DNA of 64,000 bases from Spirochaetia bacterium. Lineage in GTDB: Bacteria; Spirochaetota; Spirochaetia; UBA9216. The notes below the pieces were generated by a model, which searched no databases, was not told the origin of the DNA, and saw only the letters and a list, made by a program, of their open reading frames with translations. Positions within the stretch are counted from its first letter, which is position 1, and the number at the start of each line of letters is the position of its first letter. Below are positions 6,911 through 19,306 of the stretch, in pieces. The translations under genes were made by a program, and so were the position numbers. Where the stretch lies: assembly GCA_965140585.1 (NCBI GenBank), contig OZ223270.1, forward strand, positions 480,001 to 544,000. The letters run 5' to 3'.

Positions 6911-9346
6911 TTATTCATCATCAGAATCTTTAATAACTCTTGCTACTCCAATTACAGAATCCGGTTTATTAATATTTACGACTCTAACCCCAAGTGCAGA
7001 CTTGCCCATAAGTGAAATATCTCCGCAGGCAAGTTTTAAGGTATTTCCCTGAGATGTAATACAAACCATTTCGTCTTCTTCCTTAACTTCCATCACACCG
7101 ATAATTTCGCCGGTTTTGTCTGTTACCTTATAGGCAATCTGGCCTCTGGTTCCTCGTCCATGCGGGGTAAACTGATCATAGTTTGTACGTTTTCCATATC
7201 CGTATTCGCTGATGATCATCATCATTTCGTCTTCTCTGACACAGAGAATGCCTGCAAGCTCATCATTTCCTGAAAGCTTAATACCTGTTACACCTCTGGT
7301 TGCTCGGCCCATAGTCCTTACAGCAGACTCGTTGAATCGTAAAGCGCTTCCTTTCTTGGTTACAAGAAAGACTTCTTCATTACCTTTTGTAAGTATTGCA
7401 CTTACAAGGGTATCTCCGTTGTCCAGTTTTACAGCTATAATTCCGCGTGTTTTAGCATTTGAGAAGTCAGAAGTTTTAACCTTTTTAACAATACCGCGTC
7501 TGGTTCCCATAAAGATGAACTCATCGTCTGTAAAATCTTTAAGGGAGACAATAGTTTTAATTTCTTCATCCGGCGAAATTGAGAGCAGAGCTTTAACCTG
7601 TGTTCCCCTTGCGGCTCTGGAACCTTCCGGTATTTCATGTATCTTCATCCAGTAGGCTTTTCCTACACTGGTGATGAAAAGTATATAATCATGGGTAGAG
7701 CCTACAAATAGATGTTCAATAAAGTCTTCATTCTTCAGATTAGCTGAGGATGAACCCTTTCCGCCCCTTCCCTGATTCTTATATGCTGTTACCGGAAGTC
7801 TTTTTATAAATCCCTTGCTGGAAATGAGGACAACCATATCCTCTTCCTTGATCATATCTTCTATATCAATTTTTTCAGCTTCTTCAAGAACAATTTCAGT
7901 TGTTCTTCCCTTTCCATATTTAACAGCTATTTCATCAGTCTCATCTTTTATAACACCAAGAATCTTGGACCCGTCAGACAGGAGGTCTTCGAGATAGGCA
8001 ATTAAAGCCCTGATTTCTGCCAGTTCATCGAGTATCTTCTGAGTTTCGAGACTGGTAAGTTTCTGAAGTCTCATATCAAGAATAGCCTGAGCCTGCCTTT
8101 CAGAAAGTTTGAAGGTATCCATCAATGAGGTTCTGGCTATGTCGACTGTTTTCGAACTCTTTATTATCTTGATAACATCATCAATATTATCAAGAGCTAT
8201 CTTGAGTCCAATGAGAATATGTTCCCTTTCCTTTGCCTTCTTCAGATCAAACTGGGTTCTTCTTGTAATAACTTCCTGTCGGTGTTCAACAAAGTATTTA
8301 ATCTGATCCTTCAGGGTAAGAAGTTTAGGTTTTCCTTTTACAATAGCTAAAGCATTTACATTAAAGTTCTGCTGCAGCTGTGTCTGTGTAAAAAGGCGGT
8401 TTAAAACAACCCTGGGTATAGCGCCCCTTTTCAGCTCAATAACAATCCTGATACCGTCCCTGTCAGACTCATCCCTCAAGTCAGAAATACCTTCAAGCTT
8501 CTTGTCGGAAACCAGGTCGGCAATCTTGGTAATAAGAGTAACTTTGTTAACCGCATAGGGAATTTCAGTAACAATAATTATATCTTTACCGGTTTTTGTA
8601 GTCTCAAGCGAACATCTCGCTCTTATTGTTACCCTGCCACGTCCTGTTTTATAGGCATTCTTGATACCTGTTTTTCCAAAGATGATACCTCTGGTTGGAA
8701 AATCAGGACCGCTGATATGCTCCATCAAACCTTCAATTGTAATTTCAGGATCATCAATATAAGCTTTTACAGCATTACTTACTTCTTCTAGATTATGCGG
8801 CGGCATGTTTGTTGCCATACCTACTGCAATTCCGCTTGCTCCGTTTATCAGAAGGTTTGGTATTGCTGCAGGCAGAACAAGCGGTTCCTGAAGTGAGTCA
8901 TCATAGTTCGGCCCAAAATCAACCGTTTCCTTTTTAATGTCGTTTAGCAGTTCATCAGCAATCTTCTGGAGTTTTGCCTCTGTATATCTCATTGCTGCAG
9001 GAGGATCCCCATCTATAGATCCGAAGTTACCCTGTCCATTGACAAGTGGATATCGCATAGAAAAATCCTGTGCAAGTCTTACAAGAGCATCGTATATGGA
9101 CTGGTCACCGTGAGGGTGATATTTACCAAGAACATCTCCAACTATTCTTCCGCACTTTTTATTAGGCCGGTCCGATTTCAGGCCCATTTCACTCATCGCA
9201 TAGAGTATTCTTCGATGTACCGGTTTCAGTCCATCACGGACATCAGGAAGGGCCCTGCTGATGATTACTGACATTGCGTAATTGAGATAGGAGTTTTTCA
9301 TCTCCTCCTCAATGGCAACTGGTATAACTTTTCCGGTTGTTTCCAA
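6911..9346 (-). CDS. gyrA: DNA gyrase subunit A
   Basis: [22 protein letters not shown], catalytic AAMRYTEA, GyrA-box QGRGGKG. Confidence 0.98.
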   Translation of the reverse strand: METTGKVIPVAIEEEMKNSYLNYAMSVIISRALPDVRDGLKPVHRRILYAMSEMGLKSDRPNKKCGRIVGDVLGKYHPHGDQSIYDALVRLAQDFSMRYPLVNGQGNFGSIDGDPPAAMRYTEAKLQKIADELLNDIKKETVDFGPNYDDSLQEPLVLPAAIPNLLINGASGIAVGMATNMPPHNLEEVSNAVKAYIDDPEITIEGLMEHISGPDFPTRGIIFGKTGIKNAYKTGRGRVTIRARCSLETTKTGKDIIIVTEIPYAVNKVTLITKIADLVSDKKLEGISDLRDESDRDGIRIVIELKRGAIPRVVLNRLFTQTQLQQNFNVNALAIVKGKPKLLTLKDQIKYFVEHRQEVITRRTQFDLKKAKEREHILIGLKIALDNIDDVIKIIKSSKTVDIARTSLMDTFKLSERQAQAILDMRLQKLTSLETQKILDELAEIRALIAYLEDLLSDGSKILGVIKDETDEIAVKYGKGRTTEIVLEEAEKIDIEDMIKEEDMVVLISSKGFIKRLPVTAYKNQGRGGKGSSSANLKNEDFIEHLFVGSTHDYILFITSVGKAYWMKIHEIPEGSRAARGTQVKALLSISPDEEIKTIVSLKDFTDDEFIFMGTRRGIVKKVKTSDFSNAKTRGIIAVKLDNGDTLVSAILTKGNEEVFLVTKKGSALRFNESAVRTMGRATRGVTGIKLSGNDELAGILCVREDEMMMIISEYGYGKRTNYDQFTPHGRGTRGQIAYKVTDKTGEIIGVMEVKEEDEMVCITSQGNTLKLACGDISLMGKSALGVRVVNINKPDSVIGVARVIKDSDDE

Positions 9347-9373
9347 TTTAGCCCCCGCTAAGTAAATTAGGTA

Positions 9374-11323
<1,950 letters not shown>

Positions 11324-11410
11324 CTATATTATATCTTTGTTAAAATAAAAAAACAAGCGTTGTGCTTCTTCAGCCAATTCTGAAATTACAAGAATTCCCT
11401 ATGATATTTC

Positions 11411-11439
11411 TTGCAAAGAGATACGCTATAGATTAAAAT
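11411..11439 (+). promoter_or_regulatory. Candidate dnaA promoter
   Basis: TTGCAA-N17-TAAAAT upstream of the DnaA boxes. Confidence 0.45.
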
Positions 11440-11491
11440 AGCCAATTAAGTGCTTGAGCCTGTTTTTAGAAATGTTTTTAAGGCACTTACT

Positions 11492-11709
11492 TGTGTATAA
11501 CTTGTGGATAACTTATTAAAAACTAATTATTTATACTGAATAAAATTATTCTGAGTTGATATATATAATTTTTATTTATATAGATTTGTAACTCATTATA
11601 ATATATAGACTTATTCATCTATGCTTATTTTAATCCGGATTTTTACAGTTATCCGGATTTTTTTAACGCTATTTGATTTTTTAGTTACTTGTGGATAAGC
11701 TGTTAATAA
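11492..11709. other. oriC part 1 / dnaA autoregulatory DnaA boxes
   Basis: TGTGTATAA 11492, TGTGGATAA 11503, TGTGGATAA 11690, variant TGTTAATAA 11701; very AT-rich spacer; gene orientation diverges here. Confidence 0.8.
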
Positions 11710-11722
11710 AAGGATTAAACCT

Positions 11723-13150
11723 ATGCCCGATAATGATGTATGGGATTGGAGCGGTTTCTGGTCTGAGACCCTCAATCAATTCAGGAACCGGATCACTGAA
11801 CAGGAATGGGTCATGTGGTTCAGTAACCTTGAATATATTTCCGGTAATGAAAATACCATAAACATAGCAGTACCCTCTTCCTTCTATAAAGATCAAATCT
11901 CCCAGAGATACGGTAAAGAACTGGGACAGACTATAGAAGAAATATGCGGTAATGAACTTTCTATTATTTTTGAAGTTGTAAAAAAATCAAAAGATACACA
12001 GGAATCAAAAAGACAGCCTGTTTCAGAGCCCGATGAAATTGAAACCCCGGTAAAAAGGGATAAACCTGTATCAAAACCTCAGGTTAGAGTTAGAGAATCA
12101 GCACTGTCTGATTCCCATTATCAGCTTAATCCTGATTATACATTTGATACCTTTGTTATTGGAGAAAACAATTCATTCGCTGCCAACGCAGCCTATGCTA
12201 TTTCCAAAAACCCTGGAACTGCATATAACCCCTGTCTTTTCTATGGGGGTGTAGGACTTGGAAAAACCCACCTTATTCAGTCTATAGGACATTCTGTTTT
12301 TGCAGATACTCCCGAACTGAAAATTGTTTATGTTACTGCCGAAACTTTCACCAATGAGTTTCTGGATCTTCTATCAAAGAAAAAGATCCAGCAGTTCAAA
12401 AATAAATACCGTACGGTAGATGTGCTTCTCATTGACGATATACATTTTCTTCAGGGAAAAGAAGCAACTCAGGAAGAGCTTTTTCATACCTTTAACGCAT
12501 TGTATGAATCCAAGAAACAGATAGTATTTACCTGTGACCGTCCGGTATCGGAACTTAAAAACCTGGCAGACAGATTAAGAAGCCGGTTTGAACGCGGGCT
12601 TAATGTTGATCTGAAACCGCCTAACCTTGAAACTCGTCAGGCTATCCTCATGAGAAAGCTTGAAAACAGAAATATTCCAATATCGAGAGAAGTTATTGAA
12701 CTCATCTGCCAGAATATAACTTCGAATGTAAGGGATCTGGAATCTGCACTCTTAAAGCTTGTAGCCTATTCTGAACTTGTTCATAAAGAAATAACCCTTG
12801 ATATTGCCAAAGAACAGCTGAAAGACCATTTCACAGATATTGTGCAGGCTAATGTTTCTGTTGATCAGATACAGAGAATTGTTGCAGATTATTTTGGTGT
12901 AGGCATATCGGATCTGAAAAGTAAAAAAAGAACCAAGGCGGTTACTCTTCCAAGACAGGTTGCAATGTATATACTTCGTGAAATGACTGAGTATTCAACA
13001 ACTGAGATTGGATATGAGTTCGGAGGCCGTGATCATACAACTGTTATGCATGCATGTCAGAGAATAGAAAGCAGAATGAAGACAGACTCTACACTTGAAC
13101 CGGCTATTAATAACCTTATCAGGACTATTAAAGACGAGCGTAAAAACTAG
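11723..13150 (+). CDS. dnaA: Chromosomal replication initiator DnaA
   Basis: YGGVGLGKTHL, LLIDDIHF, TQEELFHTFN, FGGRDHTTVMHA. Confidence 0.99.
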   Translation: MPDNDVWDWSGFWSETLNQFRNRITEQEWVMWFSNLEYISGNENTINIAVPSSFYKDQISQRYGKELGQTIEEICGNELSIIFEVVKKSKDTQESKRQPVSEPDEIETPVKRDKPVSKPQVRVRESALSDSHYQLNPDYTFDTFVIGENNSFAANAAYAISKNPGTAYNPCLFYGGVGLGKTHLIQSIGHSVFADTPELKIVYVTAETFTNEFLDLLSKKKIQQFKNKYRTVDVLLIDDIHFLQGKEATQEELFHTFNALYESKKQIVFTCDRPVSELKNLADRLRSRFERGLNVDLKPPNLETRQAILMRKLENRNIPISREVIELICQNITSNVRDLESALLKLVAYSELVHKEITLDIAKEQLKDHFTDIVQANVSVDQIQRIVADYFGVGISDLKSKKRTKAVTLPRQVAMYILREMTEYSTTEIGYEFGGRDHTTVMHACQRIESRMKTDSTLEPAINNLIRTIKDERKN

Positions 13151-13157
13151 AAAAATC

Positions 13158-13340
13158 TGTTGATATTCTGTTTATGAATTGCGGAAAATTTATTATTCTG
13201 TTAATAAATTGAATAACCGGTTAATAATTCTTGAAAGTTATTATTTTTATATTTTCTTATGTATATAGGATTTAACCGGGTTATTAACATATTAGAAGAT
13301 ATTACTATTATTACTTCTTAATTAATATATAATGTATAAT
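13158..13340. other. oriC part 2 (dnaA-dnaN intergenic) with degenerate DnaA boxes and a DnaA-trio-like unwinding tract
   Basis: TTATTAACA at 13281, then TAT-TAC-TAT-TAT-TAC-TTC at 13300-13317 and an AT-only stretch; further box-like 9-mers at 13158, 13169, 13180, 13199, 13219. Confidence 0.65.
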
Positions 13341-13374
13341 TAGAGAATGTATAATTGTATTGAAGGAGATATCA

Positions 13375-14478
13375 ATGAAATTTACTTGTGAAAAAAGCAA
13401 TATAACAAGAGAAATATCCATAGCTCAGGAAATTATATCTTCCAAAAATGCCCTGTCTATTCTTTCAAATGTTCTTCTTGAAGCTGAAAATAATACTCTT
13501 TCAATCAAAGCTACCGATCTCAAAGTAGGTTTTGAAACCAGTATACCCGTAGATATCAGTATGCCCGGAAGCACTACTGTTTACTGTGATAAATTCTTGA
13601 GTATTCTAAGATCACTTCCTGACGGTGATATTGAATTTGAACTGAAAGACGGAAAGCTTTATATTAAACCCTTATTCAAGAAAATTAACTTTCAGCTCAA
13701 GAGTATTGCCTCGGAGCAGTATCCTGAAATGCAGAAAATATCAGACGACAGTTTCTTTGTAATGCCCCAGAAAGATCTTATCGAAATGATTACCCAGACG
13801 GTTTTTGCCGTTTCTGATGATGAAACAAGATATTTTATGAACGGTGTCTTCATGGAAAACACAGAAGGTAATCTGATTATGGTTGCCACTGACGGAAGAA
13901 GACTGTCCTTTATCAAAAAGAATACTGCTGGTACAGTAAAACCTTTCAGCGGAGTAATAATTCCGCCAAAAGTTCTTTTACTCATAAGCAAACTCTGCAG
14001 CGGTGAAGGCTCAATACAGGTCGCTGTGACAGAGAAAAACATATTCTTTAAGTTTGATAACCAGAAGATATCATCAAGCCTTATAGAAGGCCAGTTTCCC
14101 AATTACAACAGGGTTATTCCGGATAATCAGCAATACGATATCACAGTAAGAAGAGATGAACTTGTTGAAGCTGTTAAACGTGTTTCTCTGCTGGTAGAGA
14201 ACAAATCCAGAAGAATATTTATGAACCTGGCTTCAGGAGTAATTGAGCTTAATTCCGAAGAAAGTGAAATCGGTGTGGCAAAAGAAGAAATTGAATGTGC
14301 TTTCGAGGGTCCTGAAACCACTATTGCACTTAATTATTCCTACCTTACCGACCCTCTGCGTGTCATCAACAATGAAAATGTAAGGATAAGGTTTTCTGAG
14401 CCTAATAAGGCCATAACAGTTCAGCCTGCAGAAGAAGCCGATTATTTTCACATTGTTATGCCGATGCAGCTTGACTGA
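13375..14478 (+). CDS. dnaN: DNA polymerase III beta clamp
   Basis: ILSNVLL, ATDL, FAVSDDETRYFMNG, VATDGRRL, LIEGQFPNY, VMPM; ATG behind AAGGAG. Confidence 0.98.
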   Translation: MKFTCEKSNITREISIAQEIISSKNALSILSNVLLEAENNTLSIKATDLKVGFETSIPVDISMPGSTTVYCDKFLSILRSLPDGDIEFELKDGKLYIKPLFKKINFQLKSIASEQYPEMQKISDDSFFVMPQKDLIEMITQTVFAVSDDETRYFMNGVFMENTEGNLIMVATDGRRLSFIKKNTAGTVKPFSGVIIPPKVLLLISKLCSGEGSIQVAVTEKNIFFKFDNQKISSSLIEGQFPNYNRVIPDNQQYDITVRRDELVEAVKRVSLLVENKSRRIFMNLASGVIELNSEESEIGVAKEEIECAFEGPETTIALNYSYLTDPLRVINNENVRIRFSEPNKAITVQPAEEADYFHIVMPMQLD

Positions 14479-14484
14479 TACTGA

Positions 14485-15567
14485 ATGAGTTTTAAAACTG
14501 TAAAAGTTTTTAATTTTCGAAACCTTAATAATTCAAGCATAAATTTTTCAGATAAAGATGTTTACCTGGTCGGTGAAAACGGCCAGGGTAAAACAAATTT
14601 TCTTGAAAGCATATATCTACTTTGTGTAGGCTCATCTTTCAGAACAAAAAATGAAAACATGTTTATTACATCAGGTCAGAAATCTATGTCTGTTTTCGGA
14701 GAATACCTCGATAAGGGTACTTTACGAAAAATACAGCTGAAAATTGAAAATGGACGTAAAAGTATTTCTGTTGATGGAGTCAGGCTGAAAGACAGAAAGG
14801 AACTTATTTCTGATTTTCCATGCATAGTATTTTCACATGATGATATTAATGTTGTAAACGGTGCCCCTGAAAAGCGCAGAATCTTTATGAATCAAACCAT
14901 AAGTCTTTATGATTCTGATTATATTGATTCGCTTCGCCTTTATAACAGAGTTCTTAAGATAAGAAACCGTGTTCTGAAAGAAAAACGGATTGATTTGATT
15001 GATTTATATGATAATCAGCTTGCTGAGGCTGGGATAGTAATTCAGAAAAAGCGGATACAGCTGATAAATGATTTCAACTCTACATTTTCTTTTCTTTACC
15101 GGACTATAGCTTCAGCTGACATTGATTTAAAAATCAGATATTCATCCTCCTGGAAAAATAAACCGGAGCAGGAAGAAATTTTAGCTGAATTAAAAGAGCA
15201 TCGTAAAAAAGATATTGATTATGCTCTTACAACTTCCGGCCCGCATCGTGACCGGATAGGTTTTTATAGCGGAAATCACAATTTTGCTTCAACTGCTTCG
15301 ACTGGTCAGGTGAGGCTTATTTCTTTATCCCTAAAAGCTTCACAGGCAGTGTTTTTCTCGGTAAAAACAGGAAAACAGCCGATTCTGCTTTTAGATGATG
15401 TACTGCTTGAACTTGATCTTCAGAAACGTAAACGATTTCTTGAGAATCTTCCTGATTATAAACAGGCTTTTTTTACCTTTCTTCCTGATGAGGGGCTTGT
15501 TGATTTTAAAAAAAGCGGCCATCTTCACAGAGTCAGTAATGGCAATATTAATCTGGAGGAAGTATGA
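14485..15567 (+). CDS. recF: DNA replication/repair protein RecF
   Basis: GENGQGKTN, SGPHRD, ASTGQ, LLLDDVLLELD. Confidence 0.96.
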   Translation: MSFKTVKVFNFRNLNNSSINFSDKDVYLVGENGQGKTNFLESIYLLCVGSSFRTKNENMFITSGQKSMSVFGEYLDKGTLRKIQLKIENGRKSISVDGVRLKDRKELISDFPCIVFSHDDINVVNGAPEKRRIFMNQTISLYDSDYIDSLRLYNRVLKIRNRVLKEKRIDLIDLYDNQLAEAGIVIQKKRIQLINDFNSTFSFLYRTIASADIDLKIRYSSSWKNKPEQEEILAELKEHRKKDIDYALTTSGPHRDRIGFYSGNHNFASTASTGQVRLISLSLKASQAVFFSVKTGKQPILLLDDVLLELDLQKRKRFLENLPDYKQAFFTFLPDEGLVDFKKSGHLHRVSNGNINLEEV

Positions 15568-15845
15568 AAAAAGCTGCTGATTTAATAAAAATCATGATTG
15601 ATAATATGATTCAGGATGAAAGTCAGCGTGAAGCTGTATCATTATTTTCATCCTGGTCGGAGATTGCCGGTATTGATGAAGGTGCGCATTCAAAGATTGA
15701 GGAGATAGAAAACGGCATAGTCTACGTTAAAGTAGATCACCCCGGCTGGCTTCAGAAGCTCGAATTTAAAAAAAGAACAATACTTAGAAAACTGCAGAAA
15801 AGTTATCCTGAATTGAAGTTAAAGGATGTCCGTATAAGACTTTAG
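15564..15845 (+). CDS. dciA: DciA/DUF721-family helicase-loader-like protein
   Basis: W.EIAG...H.....I.NG.VYVKVDHPGW.Q.L pattern; position after recF. Confidence 0.8.
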   Translation: MKKAADLIKIMIDNMIQDESQREAVSLFSSWSEIAGIDEGAHSKIEEIENGIVYVKVDHPGWLQKLEFKKRTILRKLQKSYPELKLKDVRIRL

Positions 15846-15848
15846 ATC

Positions 15849-15878
15849 TTGACATCTGCAGACTAAAAAACGTATACT
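15849..15878 (+). promoter_or_regulatory. Promoter of the rpmH operon
   Basis: TTGACA-N18-TATACT. Confidence 0.65.
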
Positions 15879-15966
15879 ACGGAACCTTAATGCAATTTAG
15901 AATCTAATTGATTATATTTTAATATATTTAACTGATATAACGATTTATACATAAGGAGCATCCCTG

Positions 15967-16122
15967 ATGAAAAGAACATATCAGCCCAGCAAGGTGAAGA
16001 GAAATCGTAAATTCGGCTTCAGGGCGAGAATGGCAACAGCAGGCGGCAGAGCAATTCTTGCACGCAGAAGAAAAAAAGGCAGAAAGAAACTTTCTGTTGC
16101 TGATGAAAAGAAGCCTTACTAG
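15967..16122 (+). CDS. rpmH: 50S ribosomal protein L34
   Basis: Below the ORF-track cutoff; manual translation [51 protein letters not shown]; AAGGAG RBS. Confidence 0.97.
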   Translation: MKRTYQPSKVKRNRKFGFRARMATAGGRAILARRRKKGRKKLSVADEKKPY

Positions 16123-16456
16123 ACAAGAAAGACTTAAGAATCTTTCTGACATTAAAAATCTTTTTGCTTCCGGAAAGAAAGTTTCGGTTCCGGGAGCAAA
16201 ACTGGTTTATTCCGGAAATAATCTTGGGTATTCAAGATTCATGGTTACCTTAATCAGGAAGTACGGTAATTCGGTTCAGCGGAACCGTGCTAAGAGAGTT
16301 GCTAGAGAAGTTTACAGGCTGAATAAAGATCGGCTGAAACCCGGATTTGATTTGGCCATCATTCTTTTTCCTTCTGCAGATTTCTATTCTGCAAGAGAAA
16401 ACCAGATACTTGGATTATTAAAAAAAGCCAGGCTTTGCTCCGGCATGGGAGAATGA
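16103..16456 (+). CDS. rnpA: Ribonuclease P protein component
   Basis: RNR motif [17 protein letters not shown]; ATG 16103 overlaps the end of rpmH. Confidence 0.93.
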   Translation: MKRSLTRQERLKNLSDIKNLFASGKKVSVPGAKLVYSGNNLGYSRFMVTLIRKYGNSVQRNRAKRVAREVYRLNKDRLKPGFDLAIILFPSADFYSARENQILGLLKKARLCSGMGE

Positions 16457-16466
16457 CAGGATCATT

Positions 16467-16688
16467 ATGAAAGAGCCGGTTAAAAAAACAATTATTGGGT
16501 CTATTAAATTTTATAAAAAATTTATATCGCCAATGCTTCCAGATACATGCCGGTACTACCCAACCTGTTCAAGTTACGCAATCACAGCAATAGAGAAATA
16601 CGGACCCGGAAAAGGCAGCTATATGGCTGCCCGACGCATTTTAAGGTGTAATCCTTTTCATGCAGGCGGTTATGATCCGGTTCCCTGA
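16467..16688 (+). CDS. yidD: Membrane protein insertion efficiency factor
   Basis: [10 protein letters not shown] and [15 protein letters not shown]. Confidence 0.95.
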   Translation: MKEPVKKTIIGSIKFYKKFISPMLPDTCRYYPTCSSYAITAIEKYGPGKGSYMAARRILRCNPFHAGGYDPVP

Positions 16689-16705
16689 AATAAAAAGGAG
16701 TAGCA

Positions 16706-18553
16706 ATGGATAAGAAAACGCTATTAGCGATTATCCTTTCAACAGTTGTAATTTCCGCCGGATTCCTTATCCAGGCAAAATTTTTTCCTGCACCAGAGCA
16801 GGAGGTCGTAGAAGAAACAGCAGTAACCCAGACTGAAGAAGTTCAGCAGACAGAATCAGTGCAGAATATTCCAAAGAGTCAGTCTGCGTCTTCTAAAGAA
16901 CTTATTTATACAGAAGATCAGGATGATATTATTGCCCAGAAAATAACTGCTGAAACTGAAAGATTCATCATTACATTTTCAAATGAAGGCGGAGTTTTAA
17001 CTTCACTGAAGCTTAAAGAACATCTTGATATGGGCGAACCTCTTGAAATGATTTTTGCCGGAGACAGCGGTAAGGCTGCTTTTGAACTGTCATTCGGTGA
17101 CTGGAAGGCCGTTCCTGTAGATGATAAGTTTAAATTCAGAAGAGTAGACGAATATACATTTGAGTTTTACAGAACCTACCTTGCACCTGCAGATTCTGAA
17201 GACAACAGGGTTCCTTTCATTCTTACAAAAACCTATAAATTTACTCCTGAAGACTATATGCTTGAGTTAAGAATTGGTATTGAAAACTCTGTGAATAAAA
17301 TTCCGTCTCTTAACTTTGACGGTTATTCATATACTCTGAGTTTTGTACCACAGATTGGACCTGAGTTTACAAAACTTGATAACAGGTATTTTTACAGGCG
17401 TTTTTATACTTACGAAGGTAAAAAGGCCAGTGTTGAAAAAATAAAGGATAACTATCTTGTACTCGAAGACCGTGTAACATGGACCGGAGTTGCCGGTAAG
17501 TATTTTGCTGCGATAGCAGTTCCCGATGCAACACAGTATGAAATTACACTCTCCGAGATGGCTGAAGGAAGTCTTCCGCAAGGTAATGAAATTTACTTTT
17601 CAAGACCTCCGGTAAAGAGTTCTAACAATGAAGATGTTTTCAAGTTTTATATGGGACCGAAGCTTAAAAAATATCTTCTCCCTTACAATTCAGCTGATGA
17701 AAACGGCTTTGCTATGAAAGACCTTAATCTCGATGAAATTGAAGATTCCAGCTCAATTCTTGGATGGCTTGAATGGATTCTTCAGAAGATTCTAGTCCTT
17801 GCTTATAAGCTTATCCCCAATTACGGTATCGGAATTATCATTCTGACTATCATCATGAAGGTTGTACTCTTTCCATTTACAAAGAAGAGTTACCAGTCTA
17901 CAGCTAAAATGTCTGCTCTCTCCCCGAAAATGGAAGAGCTGAAAGCTCAGTATAAAGACCAGCCTCAAAAACTTAATGCTGCAATGGGTGAGCTTTATAA
18001 GAAAGAAGGTGTCAGTCCAATGGGCGGATGTCTGCCTATGCTTCTGCAGTTTCCGGTTTTTATCGCCATGTACGGTCTTATGAACAAGTATTTTGAGTTT
18101 AGAGGTGCTGTATTCATTCCAGGATGGATTAATGACCTGGCAATGCCGGAATCAATTTTACACTTTGCAGGAACCCTGCCCTTACTTGGGTGGTCGGATT
18201 TAAGACTTCTTCCGATTATATTTGTAGGAACACAGATTCTGAGCCAGAAGATTATGCAGAGTAACCAGACCTCAGCAGCTGCCGGTAATATGAAGATGAT
18301 GATGTACATGATGCCTGTTATGTTTTTCTTTATTCTTTATAATGCACCATCAGGATTGCTGGTTTACTGGATTTTTTCAAACCTTTTTACAATGTTACAG
18401 CAGATGTATACAAATAAGCATCTTAAACCTGCTGCAGCCGGTAAGGGCGGAGCTGATTTTAAAATTACAGGAAATGACAGTAATTCGGCAGATAATAAAA
18501 AAAAGGTTGCGCCTCCAGCCAAAAAGAAGCCGAAAAAAAAGGGTAAGCGCTAA
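16706..18553 (+). CDS. yidC: Membrane protein insertase YidC
   Basis: N-terminal TM, large periplasmic domain, GGCLPMLLQFPVF, PSGLLVYW. Confidence 0.97.
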   Translation: MDKKTLLAIILSTVVISAGFLIQAKFFPAPEQEVVEETAVTQTEEVQQTESVQNIPKSQSASSKELIYTEDQDDIIAQKITAETERFIITFSNEGGVLTSLKLKEHLDMGEPLEMIFAGDSGKAAFELSFGDWKAVPVDDKFKFRRVDEYTFEFYRTYLAPADSEDNRVPFILTKTYKFTPEDYMLELRIGIENSVNKIPSLNFDGYSYTLSFVPQIGPEFTKLDNRYFYRRFYTYEGKKASVEKIKDNYLVLEDRVTWTGVAGKYFAAIAVPDATQYEITLSEMAEGSLPQGNEIYFSRPPVKSSNNEDVFKFYMGPKLKKYLLPYNSADENGFAMKDLNLDEIEDSSSILGWLEWILQKILVLAYKLIPNYGIGIIILTIIMKVVLFPFTKKSYQSTAKMSALSPKMEELKAQYKDQPQKLNAAMGELYKKEGVSPMGGCLPMLLQFPVFIAMYGLMNKYFEFRGAVFIPGWINDLAMPESILHFAGTLPLLGWSDLRLLPIIFVGTQILSQKIMQSNQTSAAAGNMKMMMYMMPVMFFFILYNAPSGLLVYWIFSNLFTMLQQMYTNKHLKPAAAGKGGADFKITGNDSNSADNKKKVAPPAKKKPKKKGKR

Positions 18554-18585
18554 AGAGAAAGTTATGTCTCTAAGGAGTTTAATAT

Positions 18586-19236
18586 ATGATCAAAGAATTT
18601 GAAGGTAAGACAGAGAAGGAGGCAATTGATAAAGCAGTAGAAGAACTTGGAATAGATCGGGAAGAATTCGACGTTGAAATTATAAACAAGCCGAAAAGCG
18701 GGTTATTCCGCAAAGGAAACGTCAAAATAAAGGTATATATCGGAGATTCTGAAGATTCAGCTGAAACCAGCATTGATGATTTTGAAAAACAGATTATTGA
18801 TTACCTTGAAAAACTTATAGAGAAAATGGGTTTTCCGGGTAAAGGAAAAATCGTTTTCAGAGAAGAAAACAAGATTGGACTTGAAATTGAATCTCAGTAT
18901 ACAGGTATTTTAATTGGAAGAAAGGGAAAAAACCTTGATTCAATACAGCTTTTGCTGAATGTATATGCCGGAAGACTCGGCAGTGAATGCAGAATCATCC
19001 TTGATGCCGAGAATTACAGAGAGCGCCGTGAAGAAAACCTTGTTAAACTTGCTAAAAAAAGTGCTGAACAGGTTAGAAGAACCAGAGGTTCCAGATTACT
19101 TGAACCAATGAACCCTTTTGAAAGAAGACTTGTTCATACAACACTTAATGAACTGACAGATATTGATACTATCAGCGAAGGTGAAGGACTGTATAAACAG
19201 ATAAGAGTTCTTTACCGTGGTGATGTTAGAAACTGA
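18586..19236 (+). CDS. jag: RNA-binding protein Jag/KhpB (KH plus R3H)
   Basis: Jag N-domain, LIGRKGKNLD KH motif, MNPFERRLVH R3H motif. Confidence 0.95.
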   Translation: MIKEFEGKTEKEAIDKAVEELGIDREEFDVEIINKPKSGLFRKGNVKIKVYIGDSEDSAETSIDDFEKQIIDYLEKLIEKMGFPGKGKIVFREENKIGLEIESQYTGILIGRKGKNLDSIQLLLNVYAGRLGSECRIILDAENYRERREENLVKLAKKSAEQVRRTRGSRLLEPMNPFERRLVHTTLNELTDIDTISEGEGLYKQIRVLYRGDVRN

Positions 19237-19260
19237 TTAATTACTGCTAATTGCTTCCAG

Positions 19261-19288
19261 CCCCGCTTTTCCCGAAGCGGGGTTTTTT
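19261..19288 (+). terminator. Rho-independent terminator
   Basis: CCCCGCTT...AAGCGGGG-TTTTTT. Confidence 0.85.
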
Positions 19289-19306
19289 AATTAATAAAGA
19301 AAAGAA

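Noticed and set aside
15928-16152. 74-aa Cys-rich minus-strand ORF and the extended rnpA start at 16058
   Set aside because: Both are explained by rpmH on the plus strand (15967-16122).
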